From Lama guanicoe (Eukaryota), in contig MU054132.1 of the NCBI GenBank assembly GCA_013239625.1, positions 1,180,001 to 1,244,000 of the forward strand: a stretch of 64,000 nt of DNA, written 5' to 3'. A program made the position numbers and the translations under genes. This document shows positions 52,063-63,795 of this stretch, piece by piece (the first letter of the stretch is position 1; every line of letters starts with the position of its first letter). The notes under the pieces are model-generated. The model saw only the letters and a list, made by a program, of their open reading frames with translations, was not told the DNA's origin and did no database searches.

Positions 52063-53535
52063 AGTCAAAAGCAAAGTCATTTCAATGTAATTGAACAAGA
52101 ATCAAAACTTTTTACTCTAGATTTATGTGTTTGAGGGCTTTATTATTTTCCATCTTCTTCTTACCAATAGGAGATAAACTACTGACAACATGATGACTGT
52201 AGCTGTTATGCCTTAAACTTAGAGTAATATGTCAATTCTTAATAAAATGAAAAACAAAACCTATTGGTTCATTCAACATGGATGAACCTCACATAATGCT
52301 GAGTGAAAGCCAAATGACAGAACACATCCTGTACAAATTCATTTACTTCAAGTTTAAAAGCACTCATAATTCCCCTCCCTAAAATAGCCACGTAAGAACT
52401 TGTTGTTAATAACGCACAGCTAATATCAAAGTATTTAATGCCAACACAGTGCTAAGCTCTTTCAGTGCATTAGCTCATTTATTCAACCACAACCCAATCA
52501 CCCCCATTTTAAAAGAGGAGAAAAAGAGGCCTTACAGGTTAAGTGATGTGCCTAAGATCTGGCTTCATAGACAGAATGGACAACTCCAGAGCAAGAGCTC
52601 TTTAACCTGTCTTCCAGAATGAAGCCCCAAGCAGGCAATCCTGGGAGAAGCCAGGCTTGGGGGGAGAAGAAACAACAGCTTTGGACTGTCCTACAAAAAG
52701 CACTACAGAGGCTGATGTTGTATTGTAAGCACCCAAGGCAAGAACTCATTTCTCTTATTTCTGTATTCACCCTCAGGAATATCTTGTAAGTTGTCAAAGG
52801 AATCACTGGGAGAGTTCATGGAGGCAGTAGGTTCTGGATTAAGTATTAAATCCTGAAGATTATAAATCCTGAAGTATGAAATGGGGGAGGGGAGAAAATA
52901 GCTATGGAAATACAGTGAGAAAGAAATGCTGGAAATGCTGAGCTGATTCACTGAACTATTTTAGGTGCCTACCCCATGCAAGGCACCCCACCAGGTGAGA
53001 GAAAAGCCAGGCCAGGATGATCCTGGACTTTTGGATGCACAGCCCCAACTTACCTCCTAAGTTAGCTTACTCTAAGATTCCCTGGGACTTGTTGGCTGTG
53101 GTCTTTCAAATACTGTCAAGAAAACTTTTCCTAAACTTCTAACTTATCCCAGGGTCAGCACAAAGAGGCAAGGAAGGCCTAGCCAGACCCTTCCTGAGGA
53201 AGTTTTCACGGATAGAATTACTCCTAAGAGATACTGTCTGAGCAATTCCTACCTGCCTGAAACAATTTGAAATGCTTTATCTACATTATCTTACTTAGTT
53301 CCCACAGTAGCCTTGTGAGGAACTGCTACTCCTATTTCACAAAGAAACAAGGGAGCCTGAAAGAAGCCAAGGTCACACAGCTAGCAAGGAGTAAGATTCA
53401 AATCTAGTTTCTCCGGCTCCAAAGACTATCATGAAAGGTCAAGGTTAAGTCTCTCAGAAAGCAGCCCAGCCACTTCTCCGTAAGACACGGACACTTGTGG
53501 GTTTTACCTCTGCCCCGGGTTAGTACCACACTCAC

Positions 53536-53637
53536 ATTTTCCTTGTTCTCATCATGGTCGATCAGCTGAAAGACATCACGGTCAAGAGAATCAGAATGGC
53601 TCCTCTTCAGAGCTGGGCTACACCCCAAGAGCTTCTG
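53536..53637 (-). CDS. CDC25A: CDC25A exon 5 (QKLLGCSPALKRSHSDSLDRDVFQLIDHDENKEN)
   Basis: 102 nt; tag acceptor, GTGAGT donor; RSHSDS checkpoint-kinase site and KEN box. Confidence 0.96.
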
Positions 53638-54119
53638 CTATCAAAGTAAAAAAAAAAAAAGGAATTAGAGTACATAAATGAAAATTCCATGGAAACTCAG
53701 TTCTAAAAGAAAAAAAAATGGTAGTGGTGGGCTGGGGAGGCCTAGCTTCTCAAACACTGCAGTAAATAACCAATAAAGGTGGCTAGGGCTCTACCTTGTG
53801 AGGACAGAGAAGTCCCCACTACATGGCTTTACACCTAACTTCACAAGGTCACCAGCCCTCTCAGCAGGGATTTAGGTACCAAATCAACTCCCAAGTAACA
53901 TCATTTGCATCAAAAGAATCCTTCCTGGTCTGATAAAATTCAGAGTTACAGACAGAGTAAAAAGCCCTCAAGAGGCAGCCATTATTGAAGTTGCTTGAAA
54001 GCTTATGAGACAAAGTAAGAAACAGCAGTCTTCACTATCTGCTAGTCTACTGTCAAGGTCACCCTGGAAGCTAAGGGGCAGATAATAGGTATTAACTCAA
54101 AATAAACAAGGGAACTTAC

Positions 54120-54156
54120 AGGTAGGGAATTTATTCTCCTCATGGGATTTTCAAGG
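54120..54156 (-). CDS. CDC25A: CDC25A exon 4 (NLENPMRRINSLP)
   Basis: 37 nt; ttgcag acceptor, GTAAGT donor; restores phase 0. Confidence 0.95.
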
Positions 54157-54651
54157 CTGCAATGAGATCAGAAAGTAAATGAGAATAAAACAAGTAAAGA
54201 GATATTCATATTAGCAGATGCATAGTGTCTAACCTAGCTTGCTGGGGTAGGGGACAGACTCAAACATATTCCCATTTTAGGCAAGATGGAAGAACAGATT
54301 TCTGAAGCATTTCACAAGCATCCCCACCACTGGGCTTCCAATGAAAAAAAGCAAGCCCAGGTCTTCTCTTAAAATATACATGTTCTCTTAAGACAATGAT
54401 GTCAGAAAAAGGAGCAGGAGTTTGGGTGAGACTGGAACAGAACACCAAAATTACAGCTAAAATGAACAAAGGGAAGCTTGGAAAGCTGCTGACATAAAAA
54501 ATAAACTACTCATTCTCAAAAGATATCAGACTTTATAGGATCTAGGAGCTTTATTATAGGGATAGCTAAATCTAGAATTCCAGTCCAGAGCATAAAGAAT
54601 TTCATCCAGAATATTAAGTCTTTTCTAAGCACAAACATTTAAAATACATAC

Positions 54652-54694
54652 TTTTCTTTACTGTCCAAGGGCCCAGGAGAATCCAGACAGAAGC
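54652..54694 (-). CDS. CDC25A: CDC25A exon 3 (GFCLDSPGPLDSKE)
   Basis: 43 nt; T-run then cctacag acceptor, GTATGT donor; in frame. Confidence 0.96.
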
Positions 54695-55844
54695 CTGTAG
54701 GAAATTAAAAAAAAAAAAAAACCTCTCAGGACATGAAACACCATTTTGTCATTAAAATAAATAAACAAATAAATAAAACTACTAGTACTGTTTCTTTAAG
54801 GCAGTCAACAAAGACTCAAGGCTTGGACTTTAGCCAGAACTGAAACTGAGTCTATTTGATTGCCAAAACACAGTATTTCCATAGTACATCGACTAATACT
54901 TCCCTACTTGCACACACCATCACAGGAAACAGGGACTTGAGGAGAGAGTGAATTAAACCAAACCTCATAACCTCTTGGTTATTCAGACAGAGGTTACCCA
55001 GGTTAACTTTTGGTGAGTTCCAACCATGGAAAGAATAGGTACCAGTTTCCTGAAGTAGTTTTCATTTCAAGTATCTTACCTTGTCACATCATGTGCATAA
55101 TTTAGGGGTTTGGAAAATACAATTATGTCATCTGACAAGCAAGGCAAGTAGTTATTGCCTTCAACAAAATAACACCAAGTGAGGTGCTCAACTCAAAGGT
55201 CGCAGAATACAGGAGATGCCGCTCAGCATGGCCCAGACCCACCAGGGCCTGCTGAGTGTACACCTTTCCTCCATGATGTCTAAATAACCGTACAGGAAGT
55301 TAGGTGTTGCTGCTCTTGACTGATGCTCTCCCTTGCTACACTGCCACAGATGAGAATTCTATCCCTGGTTCATAAGAAGCCTACGTTTTAAAACTTTTGC
55401 TCTTGCAGTTCCCTAACCTAAAGCTTCTGTGCAAATAAACCCTGTAGTAACATGAACTTATGGATTAGAATAAAATGCACTGGCATATTTTCTCCATAGC
55501 AGGCTCACTGAAATAATGTCATTACACTTCCAATAATTTGACCCAGCATTTTAACCAGGAAGATTTCCTGAATAACACTTAGTTTTCCTCTACTGTTTAT
55601 CGTCAAGACTGAGCACACACCACCTCTTTGCAGCCACTTGACAGCTGCTTCCTCTCTTCATAAACTGCCACAGGGGCTCTTTTATACTGTCCTTGAAGGT
55701 TTGTCACTCAGCACCAGACTTTTCCCTTTACTGTCTCAACTACTCACCAAACTAAGTTTCTAGGTTAAAGCACATGTTTCAGCAAATTCCAAATACTGCT
55801 CCCCACAGAGCAGACACATAAATGTTCAAGACTTAAAAGAATAC

Positions 55845-55918
55845 CTGAATCAGTTGATTCGGAGGAGCCCATTCTCTGCAGACTGCTGTTTCTCACCTCC
55901 AGTGGTTGTTCATACTCA
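55845..55918 (-). CDS. CDC25A: CDC25A exon 2 (EYEQPLEVRNSSLQRMGSSESTDS)
   Basis: 74 nt; tttcag acceptor, GTATTC donor; carries the first part of the beta-TrCP phosphodegron. Confidence 0.96.
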
Positions 55919-56913
55919 CTGAAACCAACAGAAATAACTCTCTATAGCTCTAGGACAGAATTAAAAGGTTTGATACAGGAGACAGGCCATGAGGCTGGCA
56001 AGTAGCCATGCTATCATCAACTTATGGGACACGCCACAGAACACTCAGCCACCCAGAACACCTAGTTAGCATGTAAGCATAAAAGGACATGAGAAAAGAG
56101 TGGGTTGGCATGGCCTGGGGCACACTGTAGAACAGAATGACTATGATGAATATTGGAGTACTTCCTGAAATAAGAGCATGTGTTCTAGGTACCAAGCTAG
56201 GAGCAGGGATGAGGAGGACGAGTTCCTCCTTTTCAGAGGCTGGAAAAGACATGTGCTTATTAAGAAAATGGGATGTCCAAGACCGAAGAAGAGAAAGCAG
56301 CTTCACCAGAAAAACGGTGGGGTGCATTTTTTGCAATAAGTCAGAGTCCACGAAGTCTCTGAGTATGGAAGATTGAGTAAAAAGACCTGGCCTTCGAAGA
56401 GCATCGGGATGGATATCAGGAATATGCACGGGGAGAGGACTGCGATGATTTTGCAAACGCCAGGAAAGAAAATGCCACGTCCCTTTGTTGAGAAGGAAAC
56501 AAAGTTCACAGGAAACTAAGAGCCTGCGAGGTGGTTCAGCAAAGGGTGGAAGCGAGCGCCTACCAGGGCCTACTTTTCCTCCGTAGGGTAGATTTCCAAG
56601 AGCTTCCTGGGACAGGGACAGAGTAAGAGCACAGGGCAATCCAAAAGGGATGGCGAAGGTGGGGACCCGGGTCAGTCCCCACCCACTACCCGGCCGGGCT
56701 CGGGGCTGAGGGCAACCCTGGAGAGTCCGAACGGCCCCTCCCGCCCAACATTCCGCCTGGGGGTAGGGTGCACATGGCGGACCCCCGCCGGTGAGGCCGT
56801 CCCGAGCGGCGGACAGGTCTCGCTCCTCCCTCAGCCCGTTTCCCGACCCGATTTTCCCAAGAGCCATCTGGGAGGCCAGCGGCCTGCGGCACCGCTCGTG
56901 GGTCCCTCCTCAC

Positions 56914-57083
56914 CTGCCCAGCCCCTGCAGCTTGTCCATGGTGACCGTCAGGTTGGTGACAGGCGACAGGCCCCCAGCGGCTGGCGTGCCGAAAAGCGCC
57001 TTCACGACGGGCTGCGGCGCGGGAGGGGGGCTGCAAGCGAAGAGCAGACGGCGGCGGTGCGGGGGCTCGGGGCCCAGCTCCAT
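56914..57083 (-). CDS. CDC25A: CDC25A coding exon 1 (MELGPEPPHRRRLLFACSPPPAPQPVVKALFGTPAAGGLSPVTNLTVTMDKLQGLG)
   Basis: GCCGCC-ATG-G Kozak context at 57083; 170 nt; donor CAG|GTGAGG; translation matches the CDC25A N-terminus. Confidence 0.97.
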
Positions 57084-57841
57084 GGCGGCGCCGGGCCTCC
57101 CAGGGATCCCGCTCCCTCTTCCTCCGCCTCCGCCGCGCCCGCCCCGCCCCGTCGGCACTGGCCTGGGCCGCGCGCCCCGCTGCCGGCGCCCGCGGGTCAA
57201 ACACAAACACGATCCCGCGGTTCAGGGACGCGGCTGCCGCAGGAAAGCGGCGTGGACGGGCGGGTGTGCAAACCCGGCAGGCGCCAGTCACAGGCACGGG
57301 TGCTTCCCCTCACCCCCGCGAGGCCGGCGGGCGGGCGGGCGGGCGCCGGCAACCTGAAGATTAAATCCAAAAAAAACCGGGGTGGGTCGAGTAGGGAGAG
57401 CGGCCAGAGCTGAGAGGCAACGGCCAGGGTTCACTCTCTTCACTTTTCTCCTACTCTCTCGCCCAGCCCGGGGACACAGAGAACCAAGCCGACCTCCACT
57501 TCCCTCCGGAGTTGTCGCTGCCGAAGTGGTCTTTCGCGGTGATAGGGACTCACTGGGATCTGCCGCTGCCCCGCCCCCCTTTCTTAGTTGGCGCCAAACG
57601 GAGTCCACCAATCAGTAAGTAACTTCTCCCCCTCGCACAGGAATGGCAGCAAGGCTGGACCAATGAGAGGGGGAGAAGGAAGCAGCTCGCGGGACTCTGC
57701 GAGGTCACCACCTCTAAGAAAGGGGCGGGGCCTAGAAGGGACCGGAGCTTCTCCGAACGTGAAGCTCTCAGAGGTCAATGAAAACTCCCAGGTGAACCTG
57801 CGAGAGGCCGGGTGAGACCGGAAGGCCCTCTCTTGACCCGT

Positions 57842-57861
57842 TGCATGCTGGGAAGCGTAGT
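57842..57861 (-). promoter_or_regulatory. ZNF143/THAP11-type composite motif
   Basis: Minus strand reads ACTACGCTTCCCAGCATGCA, close to the ACTACAnnTCCCA-extended SBS consensus. Confidence 0.7.
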
Positions 57862-58618
57862 TCACACAGTGCGCGGTAATTCGGTCGCCTCTTACCCTCG
57901 TTGGGCCAAGGCTGTATCGGCCCCTTCCGCGCGTCCCACACACTGAGGAAAAGTGGAAGGTGAAGGAGGCGGGTCCCTCGCCCTCACCGAGCGTCCAGGC
58001 CCCAAATTTATAACGAGAAAGAGAACCGAATGACCCAAGGACTGGGCTCTGCCTCCCAAACACCAGGGCGCTAGCGCTCCTGTCCAGCAGGCTGTCCGGG
58101 CCATGTGCCGCTGTCCACAAGACTTAACCCTCCGGTGTGGGCTGTGGGCCTCAGCATCCTTTACTCTCCTCCATTCTAGCTCTTACATATTTTCTCAGAA
58201 TTATTTCCTTCTCTCCCACTCTTTCTTACCTATTGGGAGCTCCTAGATAGCGATGCCATAAATATAACACCTAATGCTTGTGTAGTGCTTGCTTATGTGC
58301 CACTGTTCCAAAGTGCTTTATATTAATTCATGCAATCCTTACAGCAATTATATGAGAGAGGAATTATTCCCATCTTATAGGTGACCATATTTATTTTTAT
58401 ATACCCTGCACCAGTAGTGACTCCTAGAATGAATGATTTTATGAGAAAGGCATAGGTACAGCAATCAGACTGCAAGAGGACTTGTCCTTGGGGAGCATAT
58501 TTAGAGCAAATACTCTGCTTATTTAGATTGTATATTTATTTCAGATGTCTGGTGGAGACTGTGACCACTACCTCTGCTTAGGGCCTACCATTAAACTCAT
58601 TAAATTAAATGTTTCTTT

Positions 58619-58695
58619 TGAATCACTTTGCTGTACAACTGAAACTGACACAACATTGTCAACTCTACTTCAGTTAAAAAGTAATAAAATGGAAA
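58619..58695 (+). mobile_element. 77-bp L1 3' tail insertion
   Basis: Perfect 17-bp TSD aaattaaatgtttcttt at 58602-58618 and 58696-58712. Confidence 0.85.
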
Positions 58696-60199
58696 AAATT
58701 AAATGTTTCTTTAAAAAAACTTTTGCTTACAAAGATTTGTACTATGCAAATAATACAAAATAATTACTGCCTTAGAAAATACAGATAAGTATAATTTTAA
58801 AAATCATCTGTAATTCTACCATATTCAGAGAAACAACTGTCAACATTTAGAACTTTTTGTATGTGTGTGCATTATAATTATACAGCCAATATTTGTTTAA
58901 TGGTTCAATAAATGGAAAGTCTTTGCCTGAGCAGACATTTTCTGAATGGGATTTGCCCAAGTAGGTTGACATACTGAAGCATTTCCACCAGCAAGTCCAA
59001 ATATTGAAATGAAAACTGTATCAGAAATGTCAGAAAACCATTTTTTTCCTTTTAAAAAAATTGATGAAGTGTTGGGGCTGATTTTTATTATGTATGGATT
59101 CATCAATTATGAAATGGAAGCAAAAGGAAAAAAATAATTTATCCAAACCCTTTTCCACATTCACTTAGGCATACTCTCTAACATCTTGGAGCTGCACTAG
59201 GGGAAGAGAAGTGCCCTGCACTGTGAATTGGGAGATTTGAGTTCTAATCCACTTCTGCTTTGGGGCAAGTCAAATTTTGTTCACTCATTCATTCAGTCTC
59301 TACTGAGAGAGCCTACCAATTTGCTAGATCCAAACAGAGAGGATTAATGCTTCCTTGGAGATTTGCCTGGAATACCCTTCTCAGCTAACACTCACCCCTT
59401 TGGTAAAGCTGTATCCTCAGACACCCTGACTGATAGATTCCCCTGTTACCATCCATCTTCCAGGCACCAAGTTTACATTTGTTTCTATGATAATTTAATC
59501 AGGGTGAGTCCCCCAACAAATGACCATAAACACAAAAGGGTAGAGATCCCAGCTTTCCTTTTCCCTACCATAGTATCACTCAGTGCTGGATACAGGAATC
59601 CCTCAGAACATGTAGACTGAATATTTGCTGCAAAGAAAAAGCGTGACTACTATGAGAGTGTTTAGGAGGGGAATCCGATCTGGTCTGGTATGTCAGGAAT
59701 CCCTGAGGAAGTGCCCTGGAGGGTAAGTCCTTTGGAAGTGGAAGAAAGTGTGTTCTGGGCAGAGGGACCAACCCTAAGCAAAGGCTCTGAGGCTAGAAGG
59801 AGTCACCTCCCTGTGTGTGGCAGAGAATAAGTGGGAGGGGAGAAAGAGGAGGGCACAGATTCTGCAGAGGCTTGTAGACCTCATTCTGGAACTTTATCTC
59901 AAGGGCAAGGGAAATAATTGAAAGGTTTACATTTATATTTAAAAAAGATAACCCTGGCTGATTTACTGTTCTACATGTTCCCCTCCATTCTCCTTTCACC
60001 CAACTGTGCTGGGAGCAGGATTAAATTTATTCTGCATGGTTACTGGAGACAGCATGAACCTCTTTGGTGGCTACAAGTTTTCTGTTTAACACTAAGAAGG
60101 AAAGTGAGAACTAACAGAGCTTTCCAAGATGGAATGAGCAGTCCAGGAGGCTATATAAACAGTGTCTTAGATGCTGTGGGGGTGAGGAGTACCTAGAAT

Positions 60200-60253
60200 C
60201 AAGGGTTCCCAAATCCTGGTTCTATATTACAGTTACCTGGAGAACTATGACTT

Positions 60254-60300
<47 letters not shown>

Positions 60301-60790
60301 TTTTATTGAGTCGGCAATCCATTTATAGGGTACAAATTCAAGTGATACCAAAAAAGGCCTAGAGTAAACTCTCAACCCTGCCCCAAGCTACTCTGTTTTC
60401 CTCCCTGGTCACCACTGTGACCAGTTTTTTTGTCTCCTAGAGTCTGTCTATGATAACAAGTGCATGTACATATTCTCCCACACATACTTTTTATTTTTCA
60501 CAGACAGTAACAACATGTTATAAACACTGTCCTCAATCTGGCTTTTTTTCATTTAATATATCTTGGAGTTGGTTCAATATCAGCAGATAAAATTCCTTTT
60601 TTATTTTTTTAAGTGGTTACCAGTTTAGGGAGTTTTTTTGTTTGTTTGTTTGTTTGTTTTGAAAATACAGACCTTCTGGTCTCCCGTGGATATTTTAATT
60701 TTGTAGGCTTGGTGTGGTGCCCTGCCTCGAATCTGTGTAATCAGAAAGCTTTATGAATTGTTCTGAAACACAGCCAGGTTTGGGAACCAC
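60200..60790. mobile_element. MER5-like MITE split by a minus-strand L1 fragment with a (TTTA)n tail
   Basis: Left end ggttcccaaa..cctgg and right end ccaggtttgggaaccact form inverted termini; L1-like insert ~60250-60625. Confidence 0.6.
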
Positions 60791-61516
60791 TTAACTTTTA
60801 AGGTCATTGAATTCCAGAGATCACACGTTGTTTTAATACATAATTTGTATTTATACTGGATTGTGCTGGGTAACAAGCTCTGTAGGATGATATTCTGAGC
60901 ACAGGCTATCTTATGGCTAAATGTTCTGGGATGACAAATTTTTCTAGCAGAACCCACTCCCATCCCGCCTCGATCCTACCTCATTCTTTCAAGGACGCTT
61001 CCTGAAGTTTTACCCACTCCCAGTACTTCTCAGCCTCTTGTCTTATCACCTAGAACTCCCAAATTCCTGTTACCGATAGGAATATCCCCTCTGAATTCCA
61101 GCCTCTCATCTGCATTCTCTTAGTATGTCCCACTGGCAACTCAAACTTTACTTGGTTCAAGTCCATTTATTTCTCTCTTTCCTTCCTAACCCAATTTACG
61201 ACCCTCCCGAGTGCCCTTGCCAGGAAATAGCACCTTCATCTGCCTGTTCTTCCCCACAGTTGACCTGGTCTGGCTGGATTCCCAAGCCCTTGACCCCTAA
61301 AAGCTTTCTAAATGCAAATCTCCTCCTCCCACCCTATGCTTGAAGCACGTCCTGTACCCCACCCCCAACTGCTTAAATCGGGGGCTCCCATACATTTTGG
61401 ACCCGTGACCCAGAATACACACATCAAAAAGTTTTCAACACATCATTTACCTAATACTACCTGTAATATGCTATTTTCTATTTTATTTTATATCACTTAA
61501 AAAATCCTAGCTATGA

Positions 61517-61681
61517 GGGGGGCAAGGTATAGCTCAGTAGTAGAGCGCATGCTTAGCATGCACAAGGTCATGGGTTCGATCCCCAGTACCTCCATTAAAA
61601 TAATAATAATAATGATAATAATGATAATAATAATAATAAACCTAATTATCTCTCTCCCAAAAAAACCAAAAAAAATTAAAG
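61517..61681 (+). mobile_element. Young tRNA-derived SINE (Vic-1-like)
   Basis: Intact B box gggttcgatccc, (TAA)n; perfect 17-bp TSD aaaaatcctagctatga at 61500-61516 and 61682-61698. Confidence 0.9.
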
Positions 61682-61999
61682 AAAAATCCTAGCTATGAAA
61701 AAAAATTGTACCCATGAGCCTCTAAAATTAATGCGTTATGATGGCCTGCAACCTGTAGCTTGAAAAGCAGTGGCTGACAGGCTCAGTAAGCTGATAATGG
61801 TGTCAGCTGGACTCCTTTAATCTCAAAAGCTTTATTAAAAAAATGCTACATCTCTTTTTGCCCTCACAAGCACTGCAGTATCAGCTATACCCACCCCCTC
61901 CCCCGCCTAGTCCACCATTTCAAATATTTCCCTCCTTACGTCTGGGGAAAATTTCTTCCCACTCTTCTCATTTTTGTAGTTTAATACTTGGCTCAACAA

Positions 62000-63150
62000 C
62001 CCTGTTCTAGTATTCATTCATTCAACAAATGTTTATTCAAACCCTGTGCTCCAAATAAAACACCACAATCCCTACCCTCAGGGGGCTTTCATCTGCCAAG
62101 TACAGTCCCCCAGAGGCATCCCTATAGTGAAGAAAGCATTATTATGTTAATGGATGCCAGCTGTGGAGCGGTGGAGAAGGAGACGGGGGAAATTGGAAGA
62201 GAGAAGGAGGGGCACTTTCCAAAGGAGATTAAAGCTACTGAAGCTTGAGGGTGTAGGCTGTAGGAAAAGGGGAATCTGGGGTGGGGTGAGATGGGGTGCT
62301 TTATAAGAAGAGGAACGAGCCCTCGGAGCCCAGAAGGTTAAGAATTGCATTTTCTGGGACTGACTTCTGAGTTGCTTGGGCAGAATGGACAAGTGGGAGT
62401 GGTGGTGAGGACCCAAGTGGCAGGAAGGGGACAACTCTTGAAGGATATAGAGCCTGCTGAAGGGATTGGCTTCATCGTGGAGGGTGGATCAGAATTGCTG
62501 CAGGGTGGATCAGGGGAAGCCTGAGGAACAAGGAAGAGGCCATCCGAATAGTCCCGGTGAGGAAGGGCCATATCTAAAGCGAGATGGGAAGGCGGAGTGG
62601 GGGGTTCAGCCACTGGAGGAAGAGAGTGAGTGACCTTGGGAGCTGAGGGGCAGGGGTGGGGTAGGGGGGAGGTGGAGCTCAGTGGGTTTGGATAACTGAG
62701 AGTTGTGGTGGGGGAGGGAACAGGAGGAGTGTATAATGACTCCTAGATCAAGACTTAAGCCCCTGGGTGGGTGATAGCATTATTTCAATAATAGTAGGCA
62801 CAGAGGAATTCGATGAGCTCAGTTCTGTGCTTGTGTGTGTCAGGGGTTGGCACTCCCCAGAAATGTGTCGTTCATTAGGGTAAGCATGGTAGTGTCCACT
62901 GAGGGTGTGCAAAGAGGGTTTTAGGAACTGGATCTGGGGAGCATCGGCTCTGAAGTCTGGATGTAGCAAGAGAGGCTAGGGAAGGTGGGGCTGGAGAAGT
63001 CACCGCAAGGGAGGGAGTGGCCAGTCCCTGGTTCAGATGTGCACTGAGGAGATTCACTGACGGGCCAGATGGAGGGCTTCCTCATGTGGAGTGAGTGAGC
63101 GATAGAGGTGGGAGGTAAGGAAGTAGCCACAGGAAGGCTCTGGGAAAGCA
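62000..63150 (-). mobile_element. Highly degraded L2 fragments
   Basis: cattcattcaacaaatgtttatt L2 tail followed by a long purine-rich plus-strand stretch. Confidence 0.5.
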
Positions 63151-63175
63151 AGAGATGGCACAGAAGGTATAGTAC

Positions 63176-63795
63176 TATTGCCTAAAGATCAGCCCCCCAT
63201 CCCTGACTAGCCAAAGAATTCAGACTGGGTCTTGGAGCTTAGAAGAAAAGAGGCAGCTTTATTACTTTGCCAGGCAAAGGGGACTCACAGCAGGCTAGTG
63301 CCTTCAAAACTGTGAACCTGTCTTAGGGTTGGAGCTTAGTGATTATTTACTGAACAAATTGGAGAGTAAAAGGGGCTATCAATCAACAAGAGTCTCTGGT
63401 GAAACTTCCTCCTAAATCTTGGCGAGTCTGTCCGGCATCATGGGGCCATCCTGTGGTCTGGAGGGTCATCAGCCTGCCACCTTCTTTATCTGATCAGACT
63501 CATTAGGCGCCAGGAGGGACTTCGGAGGGTCTGGTTACTCTCCTGAGGTTGTCGACTGGTGACTCCCTTTCTAGGGGGATGACTCAGAATTCAAACATGA
63601 TTGTAAATTTCAATTGCCAGAATAAGGTAAAACAAACAGGAAAATTTCTAACTCTAACTCTAACAGGCCAACAATGGGCCTGGAGCTGAGGGCCGTGTCC
63701 GGTCAGTCAGATTTGCTAACTTTTAAAAGCAAACCGCAAGTATAAGGCCAGAAATTAGTTAGCCTAAGTGCAGCCATCTTGTCATTTCTCCTTCA
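63176..63795 (-). mobile_element. Solo ERV LTR (ERV1-like), 620 bp
   Basis: Minus strand begins TGAAGG and ends ...GGCAATA; AATAAA at 63258-63263; 4-bp TSD GTAC at 63172-63175 and 63796-63799. Confidence 0.75.

Larger units (their letters stand above)
56680..58100 (-). promoter_or_regulatory. CDC25A: CDC25A CpG island, promoter and 5'UTR
   Basis: CpG-dense; E2F-type TTTCGCGG 57532-57539 and TTGGCGCCAA 57588-57597; CCAAT 57608-57612 and 57660-57664; GC boxes; CCGGAAG ETS motif near 57818. Confidence 0.9.

Noticed and set aside
56022..56867. 281-aa ORF in CDC25A intron 1
   Set aside because: No recognisable protein similarity, partly CpG island, and not linked to the CDC25A reading frame
57084..57540. 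Upstream AUG ORFs in the CDC25A leader
   Set aside because: No ATG found on the minus strand in this interval
61517..61600. tRNA-like sequences (also at 6386, 11150, 13330, 13695, 18970, 19450)
   Set aside because: They have AT-rich tails and mostly clear TSDs and lack a proper acceptor stem, so they are SINEs rather than tRNA genes
62647..62669. G4-forming G-tract cluster
   Set aside because: Lies in degraded purine-rich L2-like sequence with no functional context
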